64,000 nucleotides of DNA from a virus (Duplodnaviria; Caudoviricetes): the IMG/VR virus record IMGVR_UViG_3300045110_000158, positions 644-64,643 of that record, one strand, 5' to 3'. Under the pieces are notes generated by a model that was not told the origin of the DNA, did not search any database, and saw nothing but the letters and a program-made list of their open reading frames with translations. Below, piece by piece: positions 17,841 through 26,557 of the stretch. The translations under genes and the position numbers were made by a program. The first letter of the stretch is position 1. Every line of letters begins with the position of its first letter.

Positions 17841-18251
17841 ATGCCCACAGCCAGCAAACCGCTTGTCCCGCCCGGGCCACTGACGTTCGCGGAATTGCGG
17901 CTTGCCAACCTGACGCGCAAGACAGACCACGGCTTGCCACCGTGGGCGCAAGACATGGATTTGCTGTATGTGGCGATGATGCTTGCCGATCACACCATCC
18001 AGAACGACCGGATCGCCGCTGACGTCGGCATTGACCTCGAAGCCGCCATCCGACTACGGTTCGACTATATGGCTGGACGTGTGCAAAGCTCGGAAGACTT
18101 GGCGCTGGTGCTGGCGGCAGGAGACACCATCGCTCCGGACAAAGCGCAGGAAGCGCGAGACATAGCGCCCCTGCTGGCAACAGAACTAGGTTTGGATGTC
18201 ATCGAAGAAGCTCTAAAGAGGGCGTACCCACATGACCTGGAAAGGAAATGA
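17841..18251 (+). CDS. MazG-like protein, apparently degenerate
   Basis: LTFAELRLAN..R and LAD...IAADVGIDLEAAIRLRF match the MazG-fold ends; EXXE catalytic helix not evident. Confidence 0.4.
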   Translation: MPTASKPLVPPGPLTFAELRLANLTRKTDHGLPPWAQDMDLLYVAMMLADHTIQNDRIAADVGIDLEAAIRLRFDYMAGRVQSSEDLALVLAAGDTIAPDKAQEARDIAPLLATELGLDVIEEALKRAYPHDLERK

Positions 18252-19050
18252 TCCGGCGCTTGAGTTCAAGACCATCGAGGCCGTCGCGGCCTATATCCGC
18301 AGCTTGAGCTACAACTCGTGGCGCCCATCCAACTTCGTCGTCCACAACACCGCAAGCCCTACACTGAAACAATGGTGGGGCTCGACCCCGCCCGCGCAGC
18401 GCATGGTCAATCTGCAGAACTACTACGAGAACGACATGGGCTGGAGCGCGGGCCCGCATTTTTTCATCGATGGGAAAAGCTGGTGGTGCATGACCCCGCC
18501 CAACGTCAAGGGCGTGCACTCCCCGAGCTGGAACGGCACCATGCTGGGATTTGAACATGTAGGGGACTACGAGACTGAATCAGCCACGGAAGGCTTAGGC
18601 GCCGACGTCCAGCGCATGGGGCACCAACTCAGCGCAGAGTGTTGCGAGTTCTTTGGCTGGGACCCGTCCCGCCTCAAGTTCCACTACGAGGACCCCAACA
18701 CCGACCATGCCTGCCCTGGCAGCAACATGAACAAGAACACGTACATAGACTGCGTGCAGCAAGTCATGGGTGACGGCGGCGACCACAACCCTAACCCGCC
18801 AACGCCAGCCGTGCCGCGTCTTGGCACCGTCCACGGCGTCGCCGCCAACGACAAGCTGAACATCCGTGCCTCCTCCTCATCCTCGTCGCCGATCATCGGC
18901 GCCGCCGAGAATGGCGACGTTTTGACGATAGTGGGCGAAGCCATGAACGGCTCGACCAAGTGGCTGCGCTTCCAGGTCGGCGACCCCGCGGGCGCAGACG
19001 TCGCACTGCTTGGCTGGTGCTCCGCCGCCTATGTTAAAATTGAAAGCTAG
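18232..19050 (+). CDS. N-acetylmuramoyl-L-alanine amidase with C-terminal SH3b domain
   Basis: VVHNT, GPHFFID, GVHSPSWN, GFEHVGDY, H...CPG zinc ligands; LNIRASSS...GWCSAAYV SH3. Confidence 0.88.
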   Translation: MTWKGNDPALEFKTIEAVAAYIRSLSYNSWRPSNFVVHNTASPTLKQWWGSTPPAQRMVNLQNYYENDMGWSAGPHFFIDGKSWWCMTPPNVKGVHSPSWNGTMLGFEHVGDYETESATEGLGADVQRMGHQLSAECCEFFGWDPSRLKFHYEDPNTDHACPGSNMNKNTYIDCVQQVMGDGGDHNPNPPTPAVPRLGTVHGVAANDKLNIRASSSSSSPIIGAAENGDVLTIVGEAMNGSTKWLRFQVGDPAGADVALLGWCSAAYVKIES

Positions 19051-19062
19051 GGGTAGATAACC

Positions 19063-19533
19063 GTGACATTCGAAGTGCAGCAACAGAACAACAAGCCTAT
19101 CCTTTGCGTCGACTGGGACGGCGTCGTGCACAGCTACACGTCGGGCTGGAAGGGCGCGTCCATCATTCCTGACCCGCCAGTGCCGGGTGCCTTGGAATGG
19201 CTACTGAGAGCCTCCAAGCTCTTCACCCTCGTGGTCTACTCGTCGCGCTCCAAGGACCCCGAAGCGCTCACTGCCATGCGGATGTGGCTGGGTTACCACG
19301 CCCATGCCACCCTCCCCGATCTGAAAGCGTCCGAGCTGCTCCAAGTCGTTACTTTCGCTCATGAGAAGCCCGCGGCCTTCCTGACCATCGACGACCGTGC
19401 TATCTGCTTCGACGGCGACTGGTCGAAGCTCGACCCCGAGACCCTGCTCAAGTTCAAACCATGGAACCAGCGAGGACGGGTCATCAAGGAAACGATCTCG
19501 GACCAAGTAGGTACTCAAGCAAGTGTTACATAA
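19063..19533 (+). CDS. HAD-superfamily hydrolase
   Basis: DWDGVVHSY (DxD), YSSR, KP, IDDRA motifs. Confidence 0.8.
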   Translation: MTFEVQQQNNKPILCVDWDGVVHSYTSGWKGASIIPDPPVPGALEWLLRASKLFTLVVYSSRSKDPEALTAMRMWLGYHAHATLPDLKASELLQVVTFAHEKPAAFLTIDDRAICFDGDWSKLDPETLLKFKPWNQRGRVIKETISDQVGTQASVT

Positions 19534-19542
19534 TGCAACACC
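19522..19542. repeat. 21-bp palindrome copy 5
   Basis: agtgttacataatgcaacacc, overlapping a stop codon. Confidence 0.85.
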
Positions 19543-19589
19543 TCGTGAACTAACCCCCTCATCCCACTAACAAATAAAGGAGACTGAGC

Positions 19590-19901
19590 ATGGCCGCAGT
19601 ACCCGTCGTCATCAACGGCGTCATGATGCCCAAAGGAAAATCCGCCACCGACAAGCCGGTGCCGGCCGTCTTCATCGGCTATGCCACCATCCCTGGGCTG
19701 TCGGTCGGTGGCGGTCCGGTGATCCCGGACACCCCGCCAGATATCCCGGTCGACCCGCCGACCGAGCAGCCGCCGCCCAGCCTTGCCGTGGTCATCAAGC
19801 CCGCCCCGGTGACCGGTGGCTGGGGTCTCGCGACGCAAGGTGACCAGCTGCAATGGTTCTTCGTTCCCGCCGCTGGCGGCCCGCAGCCCAAGCGACCCTA
19901 A
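19590..19901 (+). CDS. Pro-rich hypothetical protein
   Basis: AAGGAG SD; 103 aa. Confidence 0.65.
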   Translation: MAAVPVVINGVMMPKGKSATDKPVPAVFIGYATIPGLSVGGGPVIPDTPPDIPVDPPTEQPPPSLAVVIKPAPVTGGWGLATQGDQLQWFFVPAAGGPQPKRP

Positions 19902-19906
19902 GCGGT

Positions 19907-20047
19907 ATGGCGATCAGGGCAGCGATCGTCGTCTTCGTTGCTGTCCTGATGCTCCTGTTTGCGCTGGCGGCTCTCGGTTACAGCCGCTGGCAGCCGCTGC
20001 CAAATTGCCCCATTGTGCCGCTACCAGACTGCCCCCCTGTAAGGTAG
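19907..20047 (+). CDS. Small membrane protein
   Basis: MAIRAAIVVFVAVLMLLFALAALG TM segment and Pro/Cys tail. Confidence 0.45.
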   Translation: MAIRAAIVVFVAVLMLLFALAALGYSRWQPLPNCPIVPLPDCPPVR

Positions 20048-20141
20048 CGTGCCAAGCGTACGGAGCCCGCCCAGGCGTTCGCGTAGCAGGGCGGGCTCCC
20101 GGACTGCCTCTCCTTCGTAAAACGCGCCAGACGGGGTTCCT

Positions 20142-20372
20142 ATGGCCCGCAAGGTTGATTCAACGTCGGACGAACGCACCGTCAACAACGTGATGCGGCA
20201 CGAGTACCGGGTGCTCTCGCCGATCGAGAAGGACCAGATGAAGGCGCTCAAGGACAAGGGGCTGGAGTTCTGGCAGATGGTCGGCGAGCTGGGTTCCAGC
20301 CGGGAGATCAGCCTAGCCCAGACCCGGATCGAGGAAGCCACGATGTGGGCGGTCAAGCACATCACCAAGTGA
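20142..20372 (+). CDS. Acb2/Tad1-family nucleotide-signal sponge (putative anti-defence)
   Basis: YRVLSPIEKDQMKALKDKG resembles the Acb2 YRxLS..E...M..(I/V)K..G motif; SREISLAQTRIEEATMWA resembles the Tad1/Acb2 C-terminal helix. Confidence 0.7.
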   Translation: MARKVDSTSDERTVNNVMRHEYRVLSPIEKDQMKALKDKGLEFWQMVGELGSSREISLAQTRIEEATMWAVKHITK

Positions 20373-20572
20373 GTGAGCCGCGGCGCCACGATCAGTCGCA
20401 GCGCAGCCGGCGCAAGGCCCTGCGCCAGAGCGGGCGCATCCAGGAAGAGCTGGAGTACTTGGCTGCCCGGCTGCGGCGGCTCTTGAATCACGTCGAGTAC
20501 GCCACCAAGAAGGCGGACAAGCTGCGCAACAGACTTAAGGATACGGACCCAGCACGTCCCAGAGGCCGGTGA
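20369..20572 (+). CDS. Basic coiled-coil hypothetical protein
   Basis: GTG start overlapping the previous stop. Confidence 0.45.
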   Translation: MSEPRRHDQSQRSRRKALRQSGRIQEELEYLAARLRRLLNHVEYATKKADKLRNRLKDTDPARPRGR

Positions 20573-20676
20573 GGTAGCTCCACACAGCCACGCCCAGCAA
20601 GAAGCCCAGCATGACGCCGACGCCAATGAGGAAAACCTTCTGGTCCCGATCCAAGCTCATGCCGGACGTTTAGCAG

Positions 20677-20908
20677 CTATTGTGCACTGCGGCGAGGCGG
20701 CGGCCACAGCCGCCACTCGTACAGGCGGACCCGGATCGACGGCGCCGAGATCGCCCGCACGCACCTGCCACACCGCACATCCTTCCGCATCTGCTCGGCC
20801 AGCTGCCGCGACAACAGGCTCGCCGCGTTCCCGATCGGAATCCGGCCCTCCCGCTGGCGCCGCAGCACTTCGGCAACCAGCCAAGCCTTGGGGGTGTAGG
20901 TTCTCATC
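20677..20908 (-). CDS. Hypothetical protein in a small leftward cluster
   Basis: MRTYTPKAWLVAEVLRRQ...; flanked by two short leftward TM ORFs (about 20535-20660 and 20905-21005); start approximate. Confidence 0.4.
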
Positions 20909-21072
20909 CCAGCACGTAGGCCAGCAGCGCGACCAGCGCGATCGCGGCGACTGACACTCCGATCACCCACCACATCTCTCTGTGGTCGCGCCAGAAGTAG
21001 TTCATGTTTATTTTCCTTGACAGCTAGTGATCAGGTATGATCAGATGTGATCTCACAAGGAGAGTACAGCCC

Positions 21073-21291
21073 ATGCAAATCCGCCAATATACCTTCGCCA
21101 ATGCCGAGATCAGCCTGATTGTAGAGGCGCTGCAGCGCGCAGCCAAGCGTCAGGAGTCCGAAGCCAAGTGGTACGACAACAGGCTCAACGAAAAGCTCAG
21201 CACGGAACATGAGAAGAAGGCGCGCGCCATGCAGCGGCTCATCAACAAGCTGCAGCCGATGACAGGACTTCACGGTGCGGTGAAGCCATGA
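21073..21291 (+). CDS. Hypothetical protein
   Basis: AAGGAG SD. Confidence 0.6.
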   Translation: MQIRQYTFANAEISLIVEALQRAAKRQESEAKWYDNRLNEKLSTEHEKKARAMQRLINKLQPMTGLHGAVKP

Positions 21292-21509
21292 AGAAAGCCG
21301 AGAAGCTCAAAGCCAAGAAGCAGCTCAAGAAGTATTTCAGGAAGCGGGACAAGGAGACCAAAAAGACGCAAGTCGTTCGTGAGTTCCTCGAAGAGGTCAA
21401 CTATCACGCTGAGCAAGTGAGCATCAGCCTGCGCCACTTAGCCAACGCGATCGACAATTTGCGGTCCTACCATCTAGGTGAGGAGAAGGAAGGGAAGCCA
21501 AAACCATGA
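21288..21509 (+). CDS. Basic hypothetical protein
   Basis: ATGA coupling. Confidence 0.55.
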   Translation: MKKAEKLKAKKQLKKYFRKRDKETKKTQVVREFLEEVNYHAEQVSISLRHLANAIDNLRSYHLGEEKEGKPKP

Positions 21510-21755
21510 CCGACAAAGAATGGCACGAAGCAATGGCTGAAATCCACAACTTGCGTTTTCAGCTGTTGCACAACATGGTGCCGGAGACGGAACGTGATGC
21601 GTTGCGGATTCGCATGAAAGCCCTGTTGGAGAAACTTGCTCAGGAGTACTCAGAGGAAGCTACTCCATGAGACCGCCATCAGCACAGATAGTTGTCGTGC
21701 TGACGCTGATCCTGGCCATTTTGGTTATCGTGTTGGTGATGATGGGAGTGCGGTG

Positions 21756-22007
21756 ATGCGCGGCGATTTCAAAGTCATGATCGGCTGTTGCGCGTGGGGC
21801 AACTGTTCGCGCTGCCGCGCGGACGGCGACAAGACGCGGCGCAAGTGGCACGCCATCGCTGACAGACTGGACCAGGAGACAGCGAACAGAGTAGCGACGG
21901 CTTGGCGCAACTTCGATGCCTACGTCACGCCCATGGATGAAGCAGACCTCGCGAAAGCTGGCGTTGTGGCGGCGTGGTTCGCCAAGAACAGGATGCGTCG
22001 TGAGTGA
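21756..22007 (+). CDS. Cys-containing hypothetical protein
   Basis: CCAWGNCSRC motif. Confidence 0.5.
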   Translation: MRGDFKVMIGCCAWGNCSRCRADGDKTRRKWHAIADRLDQETANRVATAWRNFDAYVTPMDEADLAKAGVVAAWFAKNRMRRE

Positions 22008-22010
22008 CGT

Positions 22011-22244
22011 CTATCTCCTTCTGGATTTGGCCTCCCTTGCATAGAGGTCTGGACGAAGCTCTTCACGGGGGATGCCGGTGGCGCGCTCGACGTCGAGCAC
22101 TCGTTCTGCCGGGATTCGTTTTCTCCAGAACTGGATGGCTTGGAAAGAGATGCCTATGGCGCGCGCCAGCGGACGCATCCCGCCGGCCTTGTCGATTGCC
22201 GCGTCAATCGGACGGGCCCGTTTGAATTTCGGATTCTTGTTCAT
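22011..22244 (-). CDS. Cro/YdaS-like HTH transcriptional regulator
   Basis: AIDKAGG..PLARAIGISFQAIQFW...IPAERVLDVERATGIPREELRPDLY is a typical YdaS/Cro signature. Confidence 0.88.
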   Translation of the reverse strand: MNKNPKFKRARPIDAAIDKAGGMRPLARAIGISFQAIQFWRKRIPAERVLDVERATGIPREELRPDLYAREAKSRRR

Positions 22245-22297
22245 TGCCTTATTTAACCTGGTACCAAACAAAAGACAAGATTTTATTGTCACCGCTG

Positions 22298-22327
22298 TTG
22301 ACAAGAGTTCTTTACATAGTTTAGGTT
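22298..22327 (+). promoter_or_regulatory. Sigma70-like promoter divergent from the cro-like gene
   Basis: TTGACA at 22298 with a weak -10 (TTAGGT/TAGGTT); GGAGGAGG SD follows. Confidence 0.45.
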
Positions 22328-22346
22328 TCAATGAGGGAGGAGGTAA

Positions 22347-22910
22347 GTGATGATCAACATTCTGCATTGCACGGCCTGCGGGATGCAAGGCGAAGTCAAG
22401 TGCAGTTGCGCCAAGCCGTATGCACACATTCCGGCGCGCGAGGCTGCTGCCTTGGGAGTAGCGGCGCATCCGGACTGGTCGGACGTACGAATCGCAAAAG
22501 CGTGTGGTGTGAGCGATAAGACGGTAGCCGCAGCTCGTAGCTCAGTCTCGGAAAATTCCGAGACTGAAAAATCTAAGCGTATCGGTCGGGATGGCAAAAA
22601 ATACAAGGCGCCTAAAGTGACCAAGTCCAAGAAGCCCAAGAAACCCAAACCCGATATCCCTCCTGCTGCCCGTGACCAGAGCTTCACGCCGCAGGAGGAG
22701 TGGGAAGCCAGCCTGATTCGGCTCGCGACTTTCATTACCACCATGGACAAGGAGTGGACCGCGCACTTCGGCGACTGGAAGCAATTCCAGATGACGGCCT
22801 GCACTTACGGTTTGATTTCGCGTGCCGGCGTTACCTGGAAGGAGTTGGTAGATTCTGCAAGCCCAAAGTTAGTCATTGATAATGAGAAGGGAGTACCTAA
22901 TGTCGTTTAA
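22347..22910 (+). CDS. Zn-ribbon plus HTH DNA-binding protein
   Basis: CTAC..CSC; HPDWSDVRIAKACGVSDKTVAAAR HTH; RIGRDGKKY motif. Confidence 0.65.
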   Translation: MMINILHCTACGMQGEVKCSCAKPYAHIPAREAAALGVAAHPDWSDVRIAKACGVSDKTVAAARSSVSENSETEKSKRIGRDGKKYKAPKVTKSKKPKKPKPDIPPAARDQSFTPQEEWEASLIRLATFITTMDKEWTAHFGDWKQFQMTACTYGLISRAGVTWKELVDSASPKLVIDNEKGVPNVV

Positions 22911-23607
22911 GACCAGCAATGAAGTCAGACAGTATATCTATCAGATATTCGGCAAGGACATCGAGATTCGCGATGCCACCTTCCCGCTGCGCCTGCAGCC
23001 GACACCGGATGACAAGGAAGGCGCCGATCCTCACGATCCCTCGAACTGTTTCTTTGTCCACACTGTTCGCCGGATGTACGGCAGTCAGGTCGTGATATTC
23101 TGGAAGAGCATTGCCTATGTCGATATGGTCGACAGCGATGGCGTTCGCCGGGTCTATCGCTTTATCGTCACCAAGGACGGCACCGCTCGCCTCAGCCGGT
23201 TCGACCACGGCGAGCCGTTCCCGCTGGGATCAGCCGTCACGTTGCAGCCGCCGACCAAGGGCACAACCTTGAAGGCCAATAAGACTCGCCGCCAGGCGGC
23301 GAAGAAGCAGTATGTCGACCGCCGCAAGCGGCTGCAGACCAACCTCAAGCGAGCCACTACCAAGCTGGAGCAGGAGAAGCAGCGTCTGGCCAAAGCCATG
23401 AGCAACGAGAAACAGGACGCCAAGAAACTAGCTGTCATCACCAAGCAGAAGGAGATGGCGGAAGCTTCGGTCAAGAAAGTACAGGCTGACCTCACGCATA
23501 TGGATACTGCCAAGACTCAGCGGGCGCCCAAGAAATTTGATCTCACCACCAGAAACGGCGCCGTTGGTAATTATCATTTTTCCGGATTGACTGCAGCCAC
23601 CAACTAA
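22900..23607 (+). CDS. Hypothetical protein with basic coiled-coil tail
   Basis: AAGGGAG SD; 235 aa. Confidence 0.65.
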   Translation: MSFKTSNEVRQYIYQIFGKDIEIRDATFPLRLQPTPDDKEGADPHDPSNCFFVHTVRRMYGSQVVIFWKSIAYVDMVDSDGVRRVYRFIVTKDGTARLSRFDHGEPFPLGSAVTLQPPTKGTTLKANKTRRQAAKKQYVDRRKRLQTNLKRATTKLEQEKQRLAKAMSNEKQDAKKLAVITKQKEMAEASVKKVQADLTHMDTAKTQRAPKKFDLTTRNGAVGNYHFSGLTAATN

Positions 23608-23629
23608 AGTTCGTTATTCAGGATGCGCA

Positions 23630-23657
23630 AGCCAGCACCTCGTGAGAGGTGCTGGCT
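23630..23657 (+). other. Perfect 12-bp GNRA hairpin (terminator or processing site)
   Basis: agccagcacctc-gtga-gaggtgctggct; no clear U-tract. Confidence 0.6.
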
Positions 23658-23678
23658 AACTTGCGAGGAGGAGAAGCC

Positions 23679-23858
23679 ATGAACGGTAACCGGCTGGTCG
23701 AGATCGCAGCGGAGGTGATTCACGAGACTGAAAAGGCTTATCTGTTGTTCGACGGCGTGCGCAAAGCGTGGGTGCCCAAGAGCGTGGTCGAAGCGAACCA
23801 CGACGGCACCAGCTTCCTGATGCCGGAGCGATTGGCACAGGAAAAGGAGTTTATCTGA
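23679..23858 (+). CDS. Small conserved phage protein
   Basis: HETEKAYLL.DG...AWVPKS...MPERLA.EK pattern; GAGGAGG SD. Confidence 0.7.
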   Translation: MNGNRLVEIAAEVIHETEKAYLLFDGVRKAWVPKSVVEANHDGTSFLMPERLAQEKEFI

Positions 23859-23894
23859 GGCTGGAAATTTCGGGATAAATCTCCCAGTAACCCA

Positions 23895-23923
23895 TTGACA
23901 AACAACGAGTTTTATGGTACAAT
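23895..23923 (+). promoter_or_regulatory. Sigma70-like promoter
   Basis: TTGACA-17 bp-TACAAT. Confidence 0.8.
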
Positions 23924-23962
23924 GCTTGTTACGGTGGGATCAGATTATCCACCAACGAAAAA

Positions 23963-23983
23963 GGTGTTACACGATGTAACACC
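23963..23983. repeat. 21-bp palindrome copy 6
   Basis: ggtgttacacgatgtaacacc. Confidence 0.95.
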
Positions 23984-24008
23984 GATTTACTGAACAAGGA
24001 GCTGACCA

Positions 24009-24731
24009 ATGAGACTTCCTGTATTCGACCATTCTATGATGGAGTGGGATAGCTGGCGCGCGTTCCACATCGAGCATTGCGGGCATAGTAAGTTCGTCCA
24101 GTTCGACACCGGCGAGTTAGTTGTGTGTCGTAACGGCTGGCGTCCTGAGAACCGCCAAGTCTACAAAGAGCTTCATATCCAGATCGTCGCGACCGACGAC
24201 GACGATTGCCCGAAGCTGTACGTTCCCGGTTCGACCAAGCCCGTCTTCAAGTCGCATCTCAACCACAAGGGGCAGCAGACGTTGTTGCTCGATCTCGATC
24301 ACAAGCGCGCGGTGTCGCTCGATTCCTACTTGGACGAAGACAATGCGCCGCTGGTCCCGAGACGGTTCACGAACAGCAACTCGCGTTACGTCACTGCTTG
24401 GTATGCCGGCCCCGATGCTGTGCCTGTCGCCACGCCGATCATACGGCATTACCCGCAACCACTGACGCACGATCAGCGCAACCATATTAAGGAGCTTGTG
24501 GATGCGAGCAAGGTGTGGCTGCAGATGCAGCATGGTCTTGATACGCCGCGCAAGCGTCAACACCCTGACTTGAAGGTCGGGGATTTTGTCGACGTGTCAT
24601 TCGGTGTGCTGACGACAGAGCATCGCATGGCTATTGCTACGGTTGGGTTCAACACGATCGTCAAGGAGGAGCATCCTTGGCTGACGTTCAACGTGGAAGG
24701 AGTGACTGAACATGACGACGAGGATAACTAA
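24009..24731 (+). CDS. Hypothetical protein
   Basis: 240 aa; AAGGAG SD. Confidence 0.7.
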   Translation: MRLPVFDHSMMEWDSWRAFHIEHCGHSKFVQFDTGELVVCRNGWRPENRQVYKELHIQIVATDDDDCPKLYVPGSTKPVFKSHLNHKGQQTLLLDLDHKRAVSLDSYLDEDNAPLVPRRFTNSNSRYVTAWYAGPDAVPVATPIIRHYPQPLTHDQRNHIKELVDASKVWLQMQHGLDTPRKRQHPDLKVGDFVDVSFGVLTTEHRMAIATVGFNTIVKEEHPWLTFNVEGVTEHDDEDN

Positions 24732-24903
24732 GGAAGAAATTGCACGGTCGAGCGAGCTTCGTTATCGCAAAGCCTTCGGCTGGCTGACCATCGAAGAGAT
24801 ACGTGTGATCCAGCACGCTTTAAAAACCTACATCGCACTCGGCCCAGATTCTTCGTGGCCGATCAAGCTGGCGCGCACCTTGCTGCAAGGAACAACTGAG
24901 TAA
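24712..24903 (+). CDS. Hypothetical protein
   Basis: AAGGAG SD. Confidence 0.55.
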   Translation: MTTRITKEEIARSSELRYRKAFGWLTIEEIRVIQHALKTYIALGPDSSWPIKLARTLLQGTTE

Positions 24904-24914
24904 CCACCCCAACG

Positions 24915-24935
24915 GGTGTTACATGATGTAACACC
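24915..24935. repeat. 21-bp palindrome copy 7
   Basis: ggtgttacatgatgtaacacc (perfect). Confidence 0.95.
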
Positions 24936-24959
24936 ATTCACTGAAAAAGGAACTGAACA

Positions 24960-26042
24960 ATGAAGAAGCTCTCTATTTCCCAAATCAAGACTGCCGTCAA
25001 AGAGATCGTGGTTCGGCTCGACAAGCCGATTATCATCAAGGGCGGCTTCGGCATCGGCAAGTCTCAGGGCGTCGAGCAGGCTGTCGACGAGCTTGATAAT
25101 CCGAAGGCGCTGAAGGAATTGCTGGGCAAAGACTGCCCGTACACCGGCACGCTCTTGGTGGATATCCGCTTGTCCCAGTACGACTCCGTTGATCTCCGCG
25201 GCTTCCCGCAGGCCGACAAGAAAACCGGTAGTGCGATCTGGTATCCACCGTCGACGTTTCCGTTCATCGGCAACGATGCATTCCCGGACGACAAGTTGAT
25301 CGTTGTATTCTTTGACGAGGGCCCGGACGCCAAGAACGATGTGTTCGCAGTCATGCAGCAAATCCTGCTCAACAGGTGCTGCGGCGAGCACGTGCTCAAG
25401 CCGAACGTGCGCATGCTGTTGGCGGGTAACCGCGACGGCGATCAGGCTCTTGCCAAGAAATTCCCTATGCCATTGAACAACCGCCTCATCCACTTCGAGG
25501 CGATCAATCCATTGGAGGACTTCTGCATCTATGCGCAGAGCCAAGGCGTGCCATCGGTGTTCATTGCGTTCTGGAATTTCTGCGCCGATCTCGTCAACAC
25601 CTACGATCCCAAGAAGACCACACCCATCGTGGCGACGCCACGCACATGGTTCTCTGCGATCGAGCTGTGGCAGGACAAGCGGTTGGACCCGGTGATCAAG
25701 GAGGCCGCCATGATCGGCGCCATCGGCGAGGGTCCGGCGGTGCAGTTCCTGGCTTACGTCGATGTCTGGCAGAGCCTGCCGAACATCGAGAAGATCAAGA
25801 AGGACCCGGACACTTATCCCGTGCCCGAAGAACTCTCGATCAAGTACGCAACGGCCATGATGGTGTCCGAGAAGATGACGATGGGCAACGTGGATGCGCT
25901 TCATACCTACCTGAAGCGTTTCACTGCGGAGTTCGTCGTCATGGCGTGGCAGCTGGCGACGGCGCGCGATGCGACACTCTTTGATGCGGATGCGTACATG
26001 GATTATGTGAAGCGCTACCGCGAAGTCTATACGTCCAACTGA
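24960..26042 (+). CDS. MoxR-like AAA+ ATPase
   Basis: Walker A GGFGIGKS, DLRGFP, Walker B VFFDE, AGNR, LNNR, TPRTW. Confidence 0.85.
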   Translation: MKKLSISQIKTAVKEIVVRLDKPIIIKGGFGIGKSQGVEQAVDELDNPKALKELLGKDCPYTGTLLVDIRLSQYDSVDLRGFPQADKKTGSAIWYPPSTFPFIGNDAFPDDKLIVVFFDEGPDAKNDVFAVMQQILLNRCCGEHVLKPNVRMLLAGNRDGDQALAKKFPMPLNNRLIHFEAINPLEDFCIYAQSQGVPSVFIAFWNFCADLVNTYDPKKTTPIVATPRTWFSAIELWQDKRLDPVIKEAAMIGAIGEGPAVQFLAYVDVWQSLPNIEKIKKDPDTYPVPEELSIKYATAMMVSEKMTMGNVDALHTYLKRFTAEFVVMAWQLATARDATLFDADAYMDYVKRYREVYTSN

Positions 26043-26062
26043 AAATGAGCAGGAGACTAACC

Positions 26063-26236
26063 ATGAGACTTTGCCCCTGTGGCTCAGGTGAGCCGCGCCG
26101 CGAGCTGAAAGATGCTCGCGGCATCTTCTGCACGTTCATCTGTGACAAGTGTGAGAACGCCAAGCGTGCAGGCTTCCGACCCGACATCTTCATGGATTCG
26201 GATTACTGGACTGATGAACCTGTCGAGGAGGAGTAA
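26063..26236 (+). CDS. Small Zn-binding protein (CPCGSG)
   Basis: CPCGSG...C...CDKC. Confidence 0.65.
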   Translation: MRLCPCGSGEPRRELKDARGIFCTFICDKCENAKRAGFRPDIFMDSDYWTDEPVEEE

Positions 26237-26241
26237 CCACA

Positions 26242-26511
26242 ATGGTCAAGACAACTCGTAAACAACGTGAAGCTTTGTTCCGTATCTTCCAGCGGGATTT
26301 CCCTGGCTGGATCACGGTCACCACGCGCCACGATGGCGTACGCTGTCCGCATTGCGGCGAGTGGAGCACGCTAGAGACCGTCAAGGTATCGTCACTGCAG
26401 TGGCGCCGCTTTCGCAAGACGGTGCAGCCGTTCTTCGGCGATGACTGCGTCATGGTGCCGTGGGCCGGTATGTGGCTGGGCATCGAGACGGACGGATACA
26501 CTCACTCATAG
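26242..26511 (+). CDS. Small conserved phage protein
   Basis: CPHC; C-terminal GMWLGIETDGYTHS; GAGGAG SD. Confidence 0.7.
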   Translation: MVKTTRKQREALFRIFQRDFPGWITVTTRHDGVRCPHCGEWSTLETVKVSSLQWRRFRKTVQPFFGDDCVMVPWAGMWLGIETDGYTHS

Positions 26512-26532
26512 GGTGTTACATTATGTAACACC
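26512..26532. repeat. 21-bp palindrome copy 8
   Basis: ggtgttacattatgtaacacc (perfect). Confidence 0.95.
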
Positions 26533-26557
26533 ACTCACTCAAAGAGAGGACTTACTT

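Noticed and set aside
21017-21041. TTGACA...TATGAT as a sigma70 promoter
   Set aside because: The spacer is only 13 bp
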